Assembly: GCA_051294375.1 (NCBI GenBank)
Contig: CM119265.1
Coordinates: 18,462,631 to 18,526,630 of the forward strand
Direction of reading: 5' to 3'
Origin: Paraspadella gotoi
Taxonomy: Eukaryota; Animalia; Chaetognatha
DNA length: 64,000 nucleotides
The notes beneath the pieces were generated by a model that did not search any database, had not been told where the DNA came from, and saw only the letters and a program-made list of their open reading frames with translations. Below are positions 21,545-33,517 of this stretch, piece by piece (positions within the stretch are counted from its first letter, which is position 1; each line of letters opens with the position of its first letter). The position numbers were made by a program, and so were the translations under genes.

Positions 21545-24500
21545 TCAGTGTTTGAACGGAATTTGGAGCGTAAAAGAATAAGACAACGGAACAGAGAGGA
21601 GGCCGCCGGATTCCAGGCGTTCATCTTCGACTTGAGCGTCATTCTCGTCGGAGAGAGAATCGACGAACGCGTTGAAAGTCAACGGTGCAACGTTTTCCAC
21701 GTCAATAATCTCCGTTTCGCCGACATCGGCGAGAGACTGCCGCAAATCCCAGACGAAAGAGGCTTCGATATCACAGTCGATCGTCGGCTGCGAATCCGAT
21801 CGATTCAGAGCAACGATGTCTAATACTACGTCTTGCCGAAAATTGGAACCTTGGTCAGAGTCAATGGCACGAGAGAGAAGAGGGTCTTTTAGGCGATATC
21901 TCGCGCGAGAACGAGCATCGGCGAGGGCGACGACGATTTGAACCAAACGGGATTCTTCATCGCCGGGCACGACGTGAACAGCGTGTCGAGCGCGTAACGC
22001 CGGGCGAAAAGAGACGACTTCCTCGACGGGATCAGAGAGCCAGGAGCACCGAAAAACGATGCGTCCAGTTCGAGGATCGACATCTCCTTCCGCCAAATCG
22101 TGATGACCGACGACGACGAGGTCTTTAATGTAGGGGGCGTAAGGATCGGATATGTCGCGGATGAGAAAAGAGTCTTTCTCTCCGGGCGCGAAAACGCGGC
22201 AACCGCGAGAGTCGAAGACATCAACAGAGAGTGGAGCATCGCTGTCGAATCGGGAGTCCTTGGGGACCGCAACGCGTGTGGCGATAGCATCGGACAAATG
22301 GAGAAACGCCGCTTTGAAAGATGCCGCGCGACCGGCCGGAAATGTTCGTTCGACGAGGCGGTCGGACGGGAGTTGAAGACGGACTCGGGCAAGTTGTCGC
22401 CGCGCTTCGGCGAGTAGGCGAAACCGGAGGCCGGCGAAGTCGGGGACAGTTTCGACAAACTTGACGCCATCAAGCGAGAGGTTGAGCCGGTGAAATCCGT
22501 AGAATCTGGAAAATAAGACGGTTTTAAGGAAAAATTAAATACTGTAGATTTGTGCGAACATTTAATTTTAAACAGTAGCGATCAAAACTGTACAGACTGT
22601 ATAGTATATGTGAGACGCTCACCCAGGCTCTAAACCATTAGGAATCGTAGTTTTCAAATAGAGCAAGTTTGAGCCGGGATAGATTCTCGGATTCTTCAGC
22701 TCCATCGTCTCTGCTGCAACTTCGTCGGCATCCTCGGGCGTCTGGCGATTTTTAATCAGTTGATAAACCGAGTCGAGTTTCTTCAATGTGGCCGCCGGAT
22801 TCCGACAGGCCACGTAAGCGGCGACAATGGATCGGCGCGGTCCCGGTTGTCCCAGGTCGAGGCGCGACACCTGCGAAATCAGGGCATTTTTTTTTAGAAT
22901 TTAAATAGCCTGATGCATTTTAATTTCTTTTTTGTATGATTTCATTTACGTTGTGTTTGATATAAGAAGAGAAAATATTTTTATATCAACAACGATAACA
23001 ATCCATCGTCGTTGAAAAAAAAAATTATCTTCTAATTTCTTTTTTTAAAGAGGCCGATTTCAAAATAGTTTATACTCGTAGGCTACGACAAAATGACTAA
23101 CCATCTGCAAACGCTCTCCCTCCCACGCCGCCAGTGGATTGGCCAACGCCGGTGGGAAGTGAAAGACATGCGGCGATGCGTCGTCGGGCCAAGCGTCGCC
23201 GGGGCAAGGGGCGCCGTTAACGCCTTGATGAGGGAGGCGACGTATGGTCAGGGTCAGCGAAGTAGGAAGAAGTTGCTGAGGTAAATTACTGAGTAGTCGG
23301 AGTGCCACCTGAAAGGATAGAAGCATATATGGATAAGGGAATTAAGGAGAGGAGCTCAGAGCCGAGAGACTAACGGTGACGTCCTCTCCAGGCGCTAATT
23401 CCATAGGTGGCGCGTCGTCTTGAGCGTCCCCCGGGGACGTGGCGCCATCGCTTAGCCCCAAGGCTTTCGCTTCAAAAACAGGAAGGAAAGCCACGCGGGT
23501 GGGCGTCTCCATTTCGTCGTCGTCGGTCCTCTCCGGAGTATCGGACGACATGGAGGCGGGGCGCGAGTTCGGTAGGCGCATTTCGCTGGTGGAGTTGGTA
23601 CGAGAATTGGGGCGGGAATTTGATTCGTCGAGGCCGTTGGCAAACGAGGATTCTAAGGAGCGAGCGCAATCTGACAGCTCCTGGAAAAAAAAAAATAATA
23701 ATGAACTTTATAAAAAATTCGAAAAGTTTAAATAAGTCACCTTCTGATAAAACTTTCTCATTTCCAAATCGCAAAAACCGGAAGCTGCCAGTTCCGTAAG
23801 AATCTTGAAATACTTATGCGTCTCCCCGGTGGCTTGGTAGCACAAAGCCATCTCCTTACAAATGGCGATGGTAAGTCGATCCCACCGTTGGGTCTGGTAC
23901 ATACGTAGTAAATCCTGAATTGAAGGATCCCATGAACCGTTAACTTATCACATTTGAGCCATCTTACAATAAACACCGCTTATCAGAATTAAAAATTGGA
24001 CCAGGGGAAATTTCATTTAAAACATTTCTGCGTCGAATGCAAGTTAATATAATAGTGACTTTTTCCTTACCAAGAAAAACGATTCGGCCTTGTGGTATTC
24101 TCCCAGCTTCATATAAAATCTCGCGAGGTCGCGGCCGATGACCCTCGCGGATCGAATCCTGCCGATATGCTTATAGGTGCCCATGGCCAGCTCCGCCACT
24201 TCCATGTACAGTTTTTGGAATGCGGCCTTTGAGGAGAGGGCTTCCCTGAGTTTGGCCATCGGGCGGCCAGGAACGTCGTAAAGGTGGTCCCCCATTCCGG
24301 CCACCAGTTCGACCACGCGTTGCAGTTGGTCCGAGGTCGTTTCCGTGTCAGGCATCAGGCCGCACAGACGATCTCCTATGAAAAAAATATGCAGTCAATA
24401 ATACTATCAAAAAACAAAACTCGACAAAAAAAATTAAAATTACCCAAGATAAGCAGCTTTTCTCTGGCGTACGCCCACAAATTAGCTGTGTGGAGAGAGT

Positions 24501-27042
24501 AGTTTTCTATTTCCGAACTGTCACTGTACTTCTCACAAGTGTGGAGAACCTCAAGGCAGGAGAGGAAGACCCAACACGCTTCCGCGCCATCAGTTAAGGA
24601 GACTTCGAGGATTTTTAATTCGTTGATTGTCTGGAGATATAGAATACATGTCATAATAGAAATTAAAAACCCTTGACTAAATTCCTCTTCCCTTACCTGA
24701 TGCATAAAAGGCAATGAGCGCTTTGCGACTTCCCAGGGTCTGCACAAGAGCAACAGCAACGAACATTGACGAGAGAAAACGTAATTTCTAAAGTCCAACA
24801 GAGTTGCTGACCGGTATTTTAGCATTTCGCGTTTTTTCTAAAATAAAAAAAAATATAAGTATTCAAAATTATTGAGGGGAGGTACGTACACTAGGGTGGA
24901 GTGATGAAAATATTGAGTGATTGAACATTATTTTTTTGCTGCCTATGGATATATAATTAATGAATTTTAAATCCTTTTAAAAATTTTTTTAGCATAACAG
25001 TATAGCAAATTTAATTATTTATGTAGTAATATCCTTATAAAATCGTCAAATTTCAAAATAATTTTTTTTTTATTTTTAAGAACTGATTTGGATTCGCTGT
25101 AAAAAACTAAAAAACTTTTATAAAATATGTTATATGATATTTTAATGTTTAGATCACAAAAAAATGACTAAAACATTTTAACATATATAAGTTTCTACTA
25201 CAGAGAATAAAAAAGTCAGGAATTTTCACTTTTTTTCTTATTTTGAACATTGAAGATGACAGAAATTTTGATAACATGTTTTATATTTTTGATTCAACTT
25301 TTTATGAAGAATCTGAATCTTTATTAAAAGTTTTATAAAAATTATTTTTAAAATTTACTATTTTATAAGGATATTACTACAAATATATTATATTTTACTA
25401 TTCTGTTCCCGAGATAATATGAACAAAATATTTTTTGTATTAGTTAATCATACTATCTCACATCTAAATATCATTGTTCGATCATTCAAATAAATTTTTT
25501 GTTCTTGAGTGCTCCACTCTAACGTACACGTCGACTGAGGACGATATCTAAATTAAAAACAAAACTACCTGGTTGATAGGAAATGACAGGCACAGTCCAT
25601 CCCAGCTGGTTACGGTTTTAGCGGCGAAATCGGCAAGCCATTCTAGGCCAGAAGTTGCGCCAGCTCCGGAGTTAAGAACGAACTGGGAGAAGAGGGCGTC
25701 CAGTTCATCGTATTGGATCAGTGCGTCCTCGTAAAGTCCCATCATTTCATAGGCGAAGGCCAGCTCCTCCTAATAAGAAAAAGGTAATCAGAGTACGAAA
25801 ATTGATTTTTTTTTGGAAGGCTTACTTGCAGAAGAAAATAATCCAAGAAATTCCACGAAGATTCTGTTCGCCGTTCTCTCTGCCAATGCACAACAATGCA
25901 GTAGATGGAAGCAGAATAACATTAAAAACTTCTCTATATGGTTAAAGCATGAAAACACTTACCTGTGTCCGCATATGATCTTCAAACAGAGAAACATGAT
26001 GGTTGAAGGCGTTCATGAGCTGACACCGCAGTCTGTCCATAAAGGTCTGCCAACTTTGGTCGGATCCGCGGTCATGTTTCGAAGGGTCCAATAAGTTAGT
26101 CACCCGTTCTTGGAAAAAAAAAATACATATTTGACATAATCCGTTAAAAAAACGTTTAAAAATTTTAAATTACCCGGATGTTTGGGACAAAAATCCGATC
26201 TGATCTTGTCATCGATGGAGGTTCTGAGAGGATTGAGCTTCCTGTTCGGAGTCTTGGCCTCTTGCGTTCCCGACCCTGATACCACAACCACCATCCATTC
26301 CTTGGTAGGGGGGAGGGAAATTAAAATTGTCCGAACCGTTATTTGGTCAATTAAAAATTAGCAATCTATTCGTCAACTATGATAAAAATTCACTTGTTCA
26401 GCGTTGTATTTCCTGAGAAGCGATATCCAGTTGGCTATGTCATCACGAACCGAAGACTTGTACCTTTTTTTATTAAAAAAAAGTAACAGGATAAAATTTC
26501 AGGTTTTTTTAAAATTTGCCCCTCAATTAAAATACCGGTCTAATTCACAGATTTCAACCCAAAAGATGTGGAAAAAGGGTTGTTCTGTAAGAGCCAATTC
26601 AATAGCAGATTCCAGAAAGCTTTCCTCCAGAAATACGAACTGCGCTTCAACGTGTACGGTTTTAGGAGGCCGGCCGTAAGACCTTGTAAAACAAATCTTT
26701 AATTGATTGTCGATAACATATGTAGAACTGTATAATTTTCAGAAAATATATTTATGGTATAATCCTTTCTGATGACAAAGAAATTTTTATTGTAATGTTT
26801 ACAAACAATGATTTTTGTAAAAATTACAAAAAATTGTTTTTGTTAGAAAATATGAAAGTTGCAAAATTACTTGTTTCACTAATCACTATCAGTATCACTT
26901 ATATATTAGATTAATTGTTCTTTTCCTCCAACTACCTTTTCCAATCGATGGGTTCTTTCGGTAAATTTTGCACAACCCGGCCGGCCAGGTTATAGAAGAG
27001 AGACTGATCCCCATAGCAGGTGACCACGGGTTTTTTCTCCAT
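21545..27042 (-). CDS. TRAPPC10: Trafficking protein particle complex subunit 10 (TRS130)
   Basis: ATG 27042 MEKKPVVTCYGDQSLF...; WNFLDYFLLQ|EELAFAYEMMGLYEDALIQYDELDALFSQF; ATLLDFRNYVFSRQC; ELAMGTYKHIGRIRSAR. Multi-exon, with a long divergent last exon (~22505-21545). Confidence 0.93.
24892..25521. mobile_element. hAT-family MITE in TRAPPC10 intron (24838-25568)
   Basis: Perfect 8-bp TSD ACGTACAC at 24884-24891 and 25522-25529. TIRs TAGGGTGGAG / TAGAGTGGAG. Internal inverted repeat tagtaatatccttataaaat / attttataaggatattacta. Confidence 0.88.
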
Positions 27043-27294
27043 GACAATCGTGCTCGAAAACGAGCCGAGCGAGTTTGTTGCGACCTTTCGGCGCTCATGC
27101 GCATTTGGTGGCGTCTTTACGGCCCGCGCTTATGTTGGACTTAAAACGTCGACGAACCCCAAGTCAGACTCCATTTGTAAATCTCAAGCTACGAAGATTC
27201 AAAACAAATAAAATTTATGGTTGTAACAGGTCAATTGCGATGAATTTATCACATTCATAACGATCTAGATCTAAAAATAAAAGATTTTGGGGTA

Positions 27295-30200
27295 TCAATA
27301 ATAATAGCGGTCTCGACATCCATTTGCCCAATGTCCCCGGCGTCCACATATATAGCAACTCCCGTAACCACCATAATAGGCGTCGGGGTCACCGGAAAGG
27401 CTTGAGCTGGAGTCGCTGTCGCGATCATCGTCGTCACTCTCGTCGGTTTCGTCAGGAATTTGCCAAGACGTCGATGGGCTAGAAATGATAACCATAACAA
27501 ATGGAGCATACCTTATTGAACATCAAATTTAATTCCACTTACTCTGCCAACGCGGGTTGCTTCAGCCTGTCCTTTTTTTGTTGTTCTCTAAATTCGACGT
27601 TCGTTTTCCGTCTCTCCTTCATTTCATCCCCGAGATGCTCCACCATTCTGTCGATGTAGGAGTCCAGGACCAGCGCTCTCGTTTCTGTGGTGATACGCTG
27701 CCGACAAATTGGGCATTCGTTTTTGTTCTTTCTCCATTCCTGAAAAAACAAAAAAAATTAAACAAAGCTTAACGAACGTTCCGAATGATGATTGGGAACT
27801 CGCCTTTATACAGTAGGAGCAAAATGCATGGGAGCAATTGAGGGCGGTGGCTTCGATGAACAACTCGGTACAAACGGCACATTGAAGCTCCTGCTCCATC
27901 GTCTCCTCCAACTGATTCAAAACAAGACGCCGCGAATCGAGTTCATCGTCAACCTGCATTATATTCAATTACATTCAATTTAATTTAATCATATTTTACA
28001 TTTAATTACCAATAGATTAAAACCGAACGGGACAGTCGTCGACGTTTACCTCGGAGCTCTTTAACCTTTCCAATTCTCCAGCCAATCTTGCCTCCTTTGC
28101 TTCTCTCTTTTCTATCTCTTGATCAAGGTGAGTCTTTTGTTTTCTCAACTCCTCCTCCAAACGCGCGTCCTGCTCCTCCAGTTTTTTGTTCATTTCCTCC
28201 TGTAAGCTCGCTTCTATTTTCTTCTTCTCTTCCTCCAGGCGGCGTTTCTGCGATTCCAAGTCTTCCTTAATCTTCTCTTCCTTCGCTCTCAACTCCTCGG
28301 CGAGACTCTTCTGTAGATCTGCCCTCAACTTTTCTCGTTCTTTTTCGAAGACGACTTTTTGGTAGGCTAGCTGCAAGTCCATGTCCGCCGTCTGCATAAA
28401 TAATCGAATTAACAAGAAATAAAAACTCCCAATAAAGCATAAAATTCTCACTTTGGTCTGAAGTTGTTGTTCTAATAACTTTTTCTTTTCCTCAAAACTC
28501 CTGCGCTGTTCGTTCATCTCTTCCGTAATTTTATTTTGCTCCTCCGCTTGTCGCCACTTCAGCTCTTGGCCGAGTTCCAATTCCAGACGAGCCTTCTCCT
28601 CCGCCAGTTTTTTCGAGGCCGCTTTCAGCTCATTAGCCAGTTGATTCTCTTTAGTTTTGAGGTTTTTGTCCATCTCTTCTTTGGTGATTTGCTGTTTTTT
28701 AATGGCAGATCGAAGCTGCTCCTCCAGCAGTTTTTTTTCCTCAGCGAAAGTATCGACGATGGAGCGGATATTTTGGTCGTGAGCAGCGGCCTTGCTACTC
28801 ATTTCCTGCTGAAGTTGATGCTCGAGTTGCTCCCATTGACGTTTCGTTTCCTCGTTCAACCGGTTTCTTAAAACGGCCTCTTCCTCGATCAGTTTTTGTT
28901 CCATTTTTCGCTCAGTCTCTTTCTTCACTCGTTCTTTTTCCTCCTCTTTCCGCTCCAATCTCTCCTCCATATCTCGCATCTGCACATTCAGTCCAACCAA
29001 CTGCTCATTTAGTTTCGAAGAGTTTGATTCCTCAAAACGAAAGCGCTTCATCGGTACGTCTACTAAGTCGTCAGTACGAATAATAACATTTACGGCGCTG
29101 AATTTAAAACCGTTTTAATTTCTACGTTTTGTTTTACCGTTCGCGTTGAGGCCGCATCTCTTGAACGCGTTTGGTCGCCCCTGAGTGTCAACAACGGCTA
29201 GTTCCGGAATATCAGGATGCCATCTAAACTTTAGCGCACGATGAAACATGAACTGGTAACCCTTTTCTTCCTAAAGACGGAAGCGATTCGTGGAAGCAAT
29301 TCGTGCAAGCGTTTTGGGACGAAAAATGGACAACTTGACTTACCTGAATATCATCGGGACCCAACTGCAAAATATCCCTATCGTGAAGCAGATGAGGCGT
29401 CATGGGAGAGAGGAGTTGCCCGTTGATCCGGGTTCCGTTCAAAGATTTGTTGTCGACGACAGTCCATTCGCTGGTAGATGTCGCGATGAATTACGAAACG
29501 CGAACATTCAAATGTACATACAAACTCGCCTGCGAATGGCGGACTCACTTAGCAGAGATTTCTTTGATTTCCGCTTGTTTTCTCGAGAGTACGACGTCCG
29601 GGATGCAAACCTGGATACAATCATTTCGAAAATTAAAATATATGAGGATTAGGTGCCAAGTGGTCTGAAATTGTTTAATCCATCTCGCAGCCATGCAACA
29701 GGTCCTGGGCTTGGAAACGGGCTTGAGAGTTTTCCAGGCTCACAAGGCGGTTTACAGCCGTCCTCACGCTCCTTGCAGGATAAGTACCATTGGGGATCGA
29801 TCCTTAAGCTCATTAATGATTTTCCAACAGGAATGATGTGCGATATCTATTAGAAAACTGAAACAGAAAGTAATCTAACCTTGTGTTGTGTAGATGCACC
29901 CTCTATTTCCAAACATATACAAAAATATTTAACAAATAAATAAAAAAATAAATATTAGTTATTTTAAATCTAAAAAATAAAAAAATAAAGATAGTGAAAC
30001 AAGTAATTTTGTAACTTTCATACATAGAGTATTAGATTTTGCTTTTATGTCACTGACGTCCGGCATCACCTGGTTATCGTCGGCTCTTCCGATCCAATAA
30101 GATTTCCCAGATTCAAGAATCACGTGACGATTTGCGGTGACACAACTCAACCGGCGCAGGCATCGTACGAAACAGCGGTTCGATTTAGCATTATCCGAAA

Positions 30201-30453
30201 CTTGGTCGCGAGAGGCGAGGTTCTCGTTTTCTTTCGTGACGACTGTCTCCTCACATTTCTCCGGGATGTCATTTTCCATTTCCCGACCTTGAAGAGTATC
30301 ATCGACGGAAGATTTGAACACAGAGACATTTGCAACATTGCTTGATTTCTGCGTCACCGAAGAAGAGACGATTAAGCGAGTCGAATCTTCGCGCGGCGAA
30401 TCGCTTTCAGCAGGAGATGATTGTGGAATATTTGCTTTCATTGGCTCAGTCAT
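27295..30453 (-). CDS. RNF8: E3 ubiquitin ligase RNF8-like (FHA, coiled coil, RING, CCHC knuckle)
   Basis: FHA: YWIGRADDNQ|VCIPDVVLSRKQAEI...WTVVDNKSLNGTRING...DILQLG. Long coiled coil at 29050-28030. RING: ELQCAVCTELFIEATALNCSHAFCSYCIK|EWRKNKNECPICR. The start codon (30453 or 30441) is uncertain. Confidence 0.9.
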
Positions 30454-30855
30454 GTCGGTAAGACATGTTTTTCCTTTACTTTTTACACTAACGAACAAAA
30501 AAAATGATAACAAGTAATGTCTGATATTGTACTAGCAGTATAACAAAGTAAAGTAAAAAACTGAAATATGAATTTTTGAGCTGGTAAAATCTATCAGATT
30601 AAGTCATAAATTTAAATGAAATCATTATTAAAATCGTACGACATGCAATTAATAATATATTCATGCAAGATAAATCGTTACTTGCAACGTGTTAGCTGTA
30701 AACCGATAAAAAAAAAGGAATTGAGAACAATTAGTAGAGCATGCATATTGCTTAAGATCTTTAAAAATAGTGAATCTCAACGAACCACAACCATTGAAGG
30801 CACGAATCGGTTGGATAAAGCTTTTTAGATCAAACAAGTATTGAACGGTATTCAT

Positions 30856-33334
30856 CTAGAGACCGTCTCCAAGACGGAGCACGACCCCTTGACCCGGTTT
30901 CAAAAGGATGTCCTCTTTCTTCACGTCAATGACTTTATCAACAGATATGTCAGGATGTGCGTTTGAAGTGGTCGCCACTACCTTGGCCATCTTTGGACAG
31001 TCCGAGGAAAGTCCCACTGGAACTGAAGCGGAAAATAATGGTCAAATCAAAATTAGTAATGATTTTCTCTGAACATTTATACTAAGACAATGCGAAAATT
31101 AAATCTCCCTACCCGTTGTTACGGCGTTTCCAAAATTTACGGCTACGTAGTGTTTCGGGTGGCCCATGGCGTGACGAACGAAGGCGAATAGATTATCGTT
31201 GCCGCTGTCCAGAATCAACTGATCCCCATACATAAAGGCCGGGATACGTCGTAATTTGGCCACGTGTACAAAGGTTTTGAGAATGGATTCGTCGTTGCCG
31301 ACGGCGAGTTCAAACCGAACGTTGAGAGTTTTGGCGTCGGCGCCGAGTGGCGTCCACGGAGAATCGCCATTGGTGAAGCCGGCTTTGGAAGTGTCGTCCC
31401 ACTAAGTGGTCGAGGTACAATTTATCTATTTGCAGAAACTTCTACTTTTTATGACAGCTTCATACCTGCATTGGAGAAAAGGGCGTCTTTTTCTCGGCCA
31501 TTCCGATTTCGTCGCCGTACCATATCAAAGGCGTCCCGCGAAGCGTCAAGAGGAGAAGATTAAAAGCATCCCTGAGATCTAATCGTTCGACGCGCGATCC
31601 GAGGCGGCGCACTGACGGATCGGAGACCAACCAGTTGGGCCATGCCCACTTGGCTTCGTTTCCTGTCAGCGCAAACGGACAAAAGTTTACGAAATTTCGT
31701 TGATGAAATGCAAAGCATTACCTTTGCTCATATCTGATGATTCGGTCGAGTTGACGACGTCTTGAACGAGCTTCTGGAGGCAACTGCCCGACAGACGACC
31801 ATCACATTCCAGTCTCCGGATGAAATCGTTGTTCAGGACAACGTGGGCGCCAGGGTTGACGCCGCTGTGGTAAAAACGATCCTGAACGCGCTGATTGCCA
31901 GTGGTATCAGCAGCATCAACGATCAGAACGGCGTCGCGACCAGATTCGGCAGTGTAGTCGTCTGAACAACAATTTTAAAAAACATAAAACACACATTCGT
32001 AATTGCAAATGTAGCATCTTAAACCATTACCAATAAGTTTCCGAATTTCCGCTACGAACTTGACAGATTCGGGCCGATTCTGAAATCCATCCTCGACGGT
32101 TTCGTCCTCCACAAGAAATGCGGTGGAGCGAACTAGGAATCCATCGATCCCTTCGTTCAACCAGTAAGACATCGACGTTTTCATTATCTCCTACGGAGAG
32201 CGACGCGGAAAAATTTTTTTTTAAAAATTACAAGATAAAAAATATCCACTACCACAACTAACCCGAACTGCGGCGCTCCTGTAGTTGAACTCTGGATAAT
32301 TTTTTCCCAAACGACCGTAATACCACTGTCCTCTCTCCGCGCTCCAATGCCAAGCAGAGGTTCCGTCGACGGCTTGCCAAGAGTTGGGCGGCTTACTTGA
32401 ATCAGCACTGTTGTGCCAGACGTAAAAGTCCTGCGGGTCATGGATATCCGTCAACGCGCTTCAACCTTATCACAGAAATATGCCCAAACAAGCCCATACC
32501 TCGCGGCCCTTCAGCTTAGTAACGCTATCGTTGAAGAAACGATGTTGATCGCTCGACTGATTGGGGTCGATCTCGACGACCACCTTAAGGCCCTTTTTTC
32601 GGGCATCCTTGAAAAGCGCTTTGACCTCCGCCAGGGTACCGAGTTCCGCATTGGGCGCCATAAAATTGATCACGTCAGCGCCTTCGGAGACAACCGCTTC
32701 CGTTTTCGAATCCATCGCCCGCGCAAAAAATGGCGAAAGGGCGATGGAGTTTACGCCAAGGTTTTTGATGTAGTCGAACTTTGACCGTAGACCTTTGAAG
32801 TCGCCGACACCGTCGCCGTTCGAATCCTTTGGAAGTTGGAATGTACTTCGTAAATATGTTTAATTTAAAGATTAAAACTGTATACTATACTGTATAAACA
32901 AACCTTGTAACTTTTAACAAAAACCCTATATACGGCGCCGTCGTCCCACCACTTTTGCGGAGGGCGGGGTGGACAGCGCGGGGAGACGGCGATGATGACG
33001 GCGGCGGCAACGACCATCGCTATCCACACCGCCCAAAAGGCGAAGAAAAGGGCGCGACGAGTGCGAATCCAAAATGGGTCTTCCGCAAATACCGACAACT
33101 CTTCCTTAGAGAGTCCGATGAATTGCGTCGTCGGTTTCCGATCCTTCTCAACAAGATCTGCGTGCTGTAAGATAAGGGGAGATAAAACACAAACTGAGTA
33201 GCTATATAGTATATAGCCTAAAATACTTGATAATTGAACGTTAAATTCATTACCTCAGCGTGAGGATTAGCGATGGAAATTTCTTCTAAACCGGGTTTTG
33301 CGGGTAACGCCGCTCCTTCTTCCGTGGCAGACAT
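30856..33334 (-). CDS. SLC3A: Heteromeric amino-acid transporter heavy chain (SLC3A1/SLC3A2-like; type II TM plus inactive GH13 domain)
   Basis: DPFWIRTRRALFFAFWAVWIAMVVAAAVIIAVSPRCPP...WW; DSNGDGVGDFKGL; DGFLVRSTA lacks the catalytic Asp of DGFRxDA. ATG 33334, stop TAG 30856. Confidence 0.9.
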
Positions 33335-33517
33335 GGCAAAAAAAACTGGCAAGCTGGCAATTAATGGCGTAAAAAATATCTGTAAAAGTTAAAAGAACAA
33401 TAATAAAAACAATACAGTTAACTAGCAATCCCATAGAGTGTCAACTCATGTGTAAACAAGAATAAAATTAAAAACGATTATTAATAGAATTAAAATTCAA
33501 AACACAAGTGAATAACA

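Noticed and set aside
21889-22473. Apparent frameshift or overlapping 194-aa ORF in TRAPPC10
   Set aside because: The phase-2 splice at ~22505 enters the same frame as the 21545-22297 ORF. The other ORF is an off-frame shadow.
25530-25568. 21-nt micro-intron plus micro-exon in TRAPPC10
   Set aside because: A single intron 25568-24838 joins SFPINQ to KKREMLKYRSATLL, which aligns without gaps to the remembered TRAPPC10 sequence.
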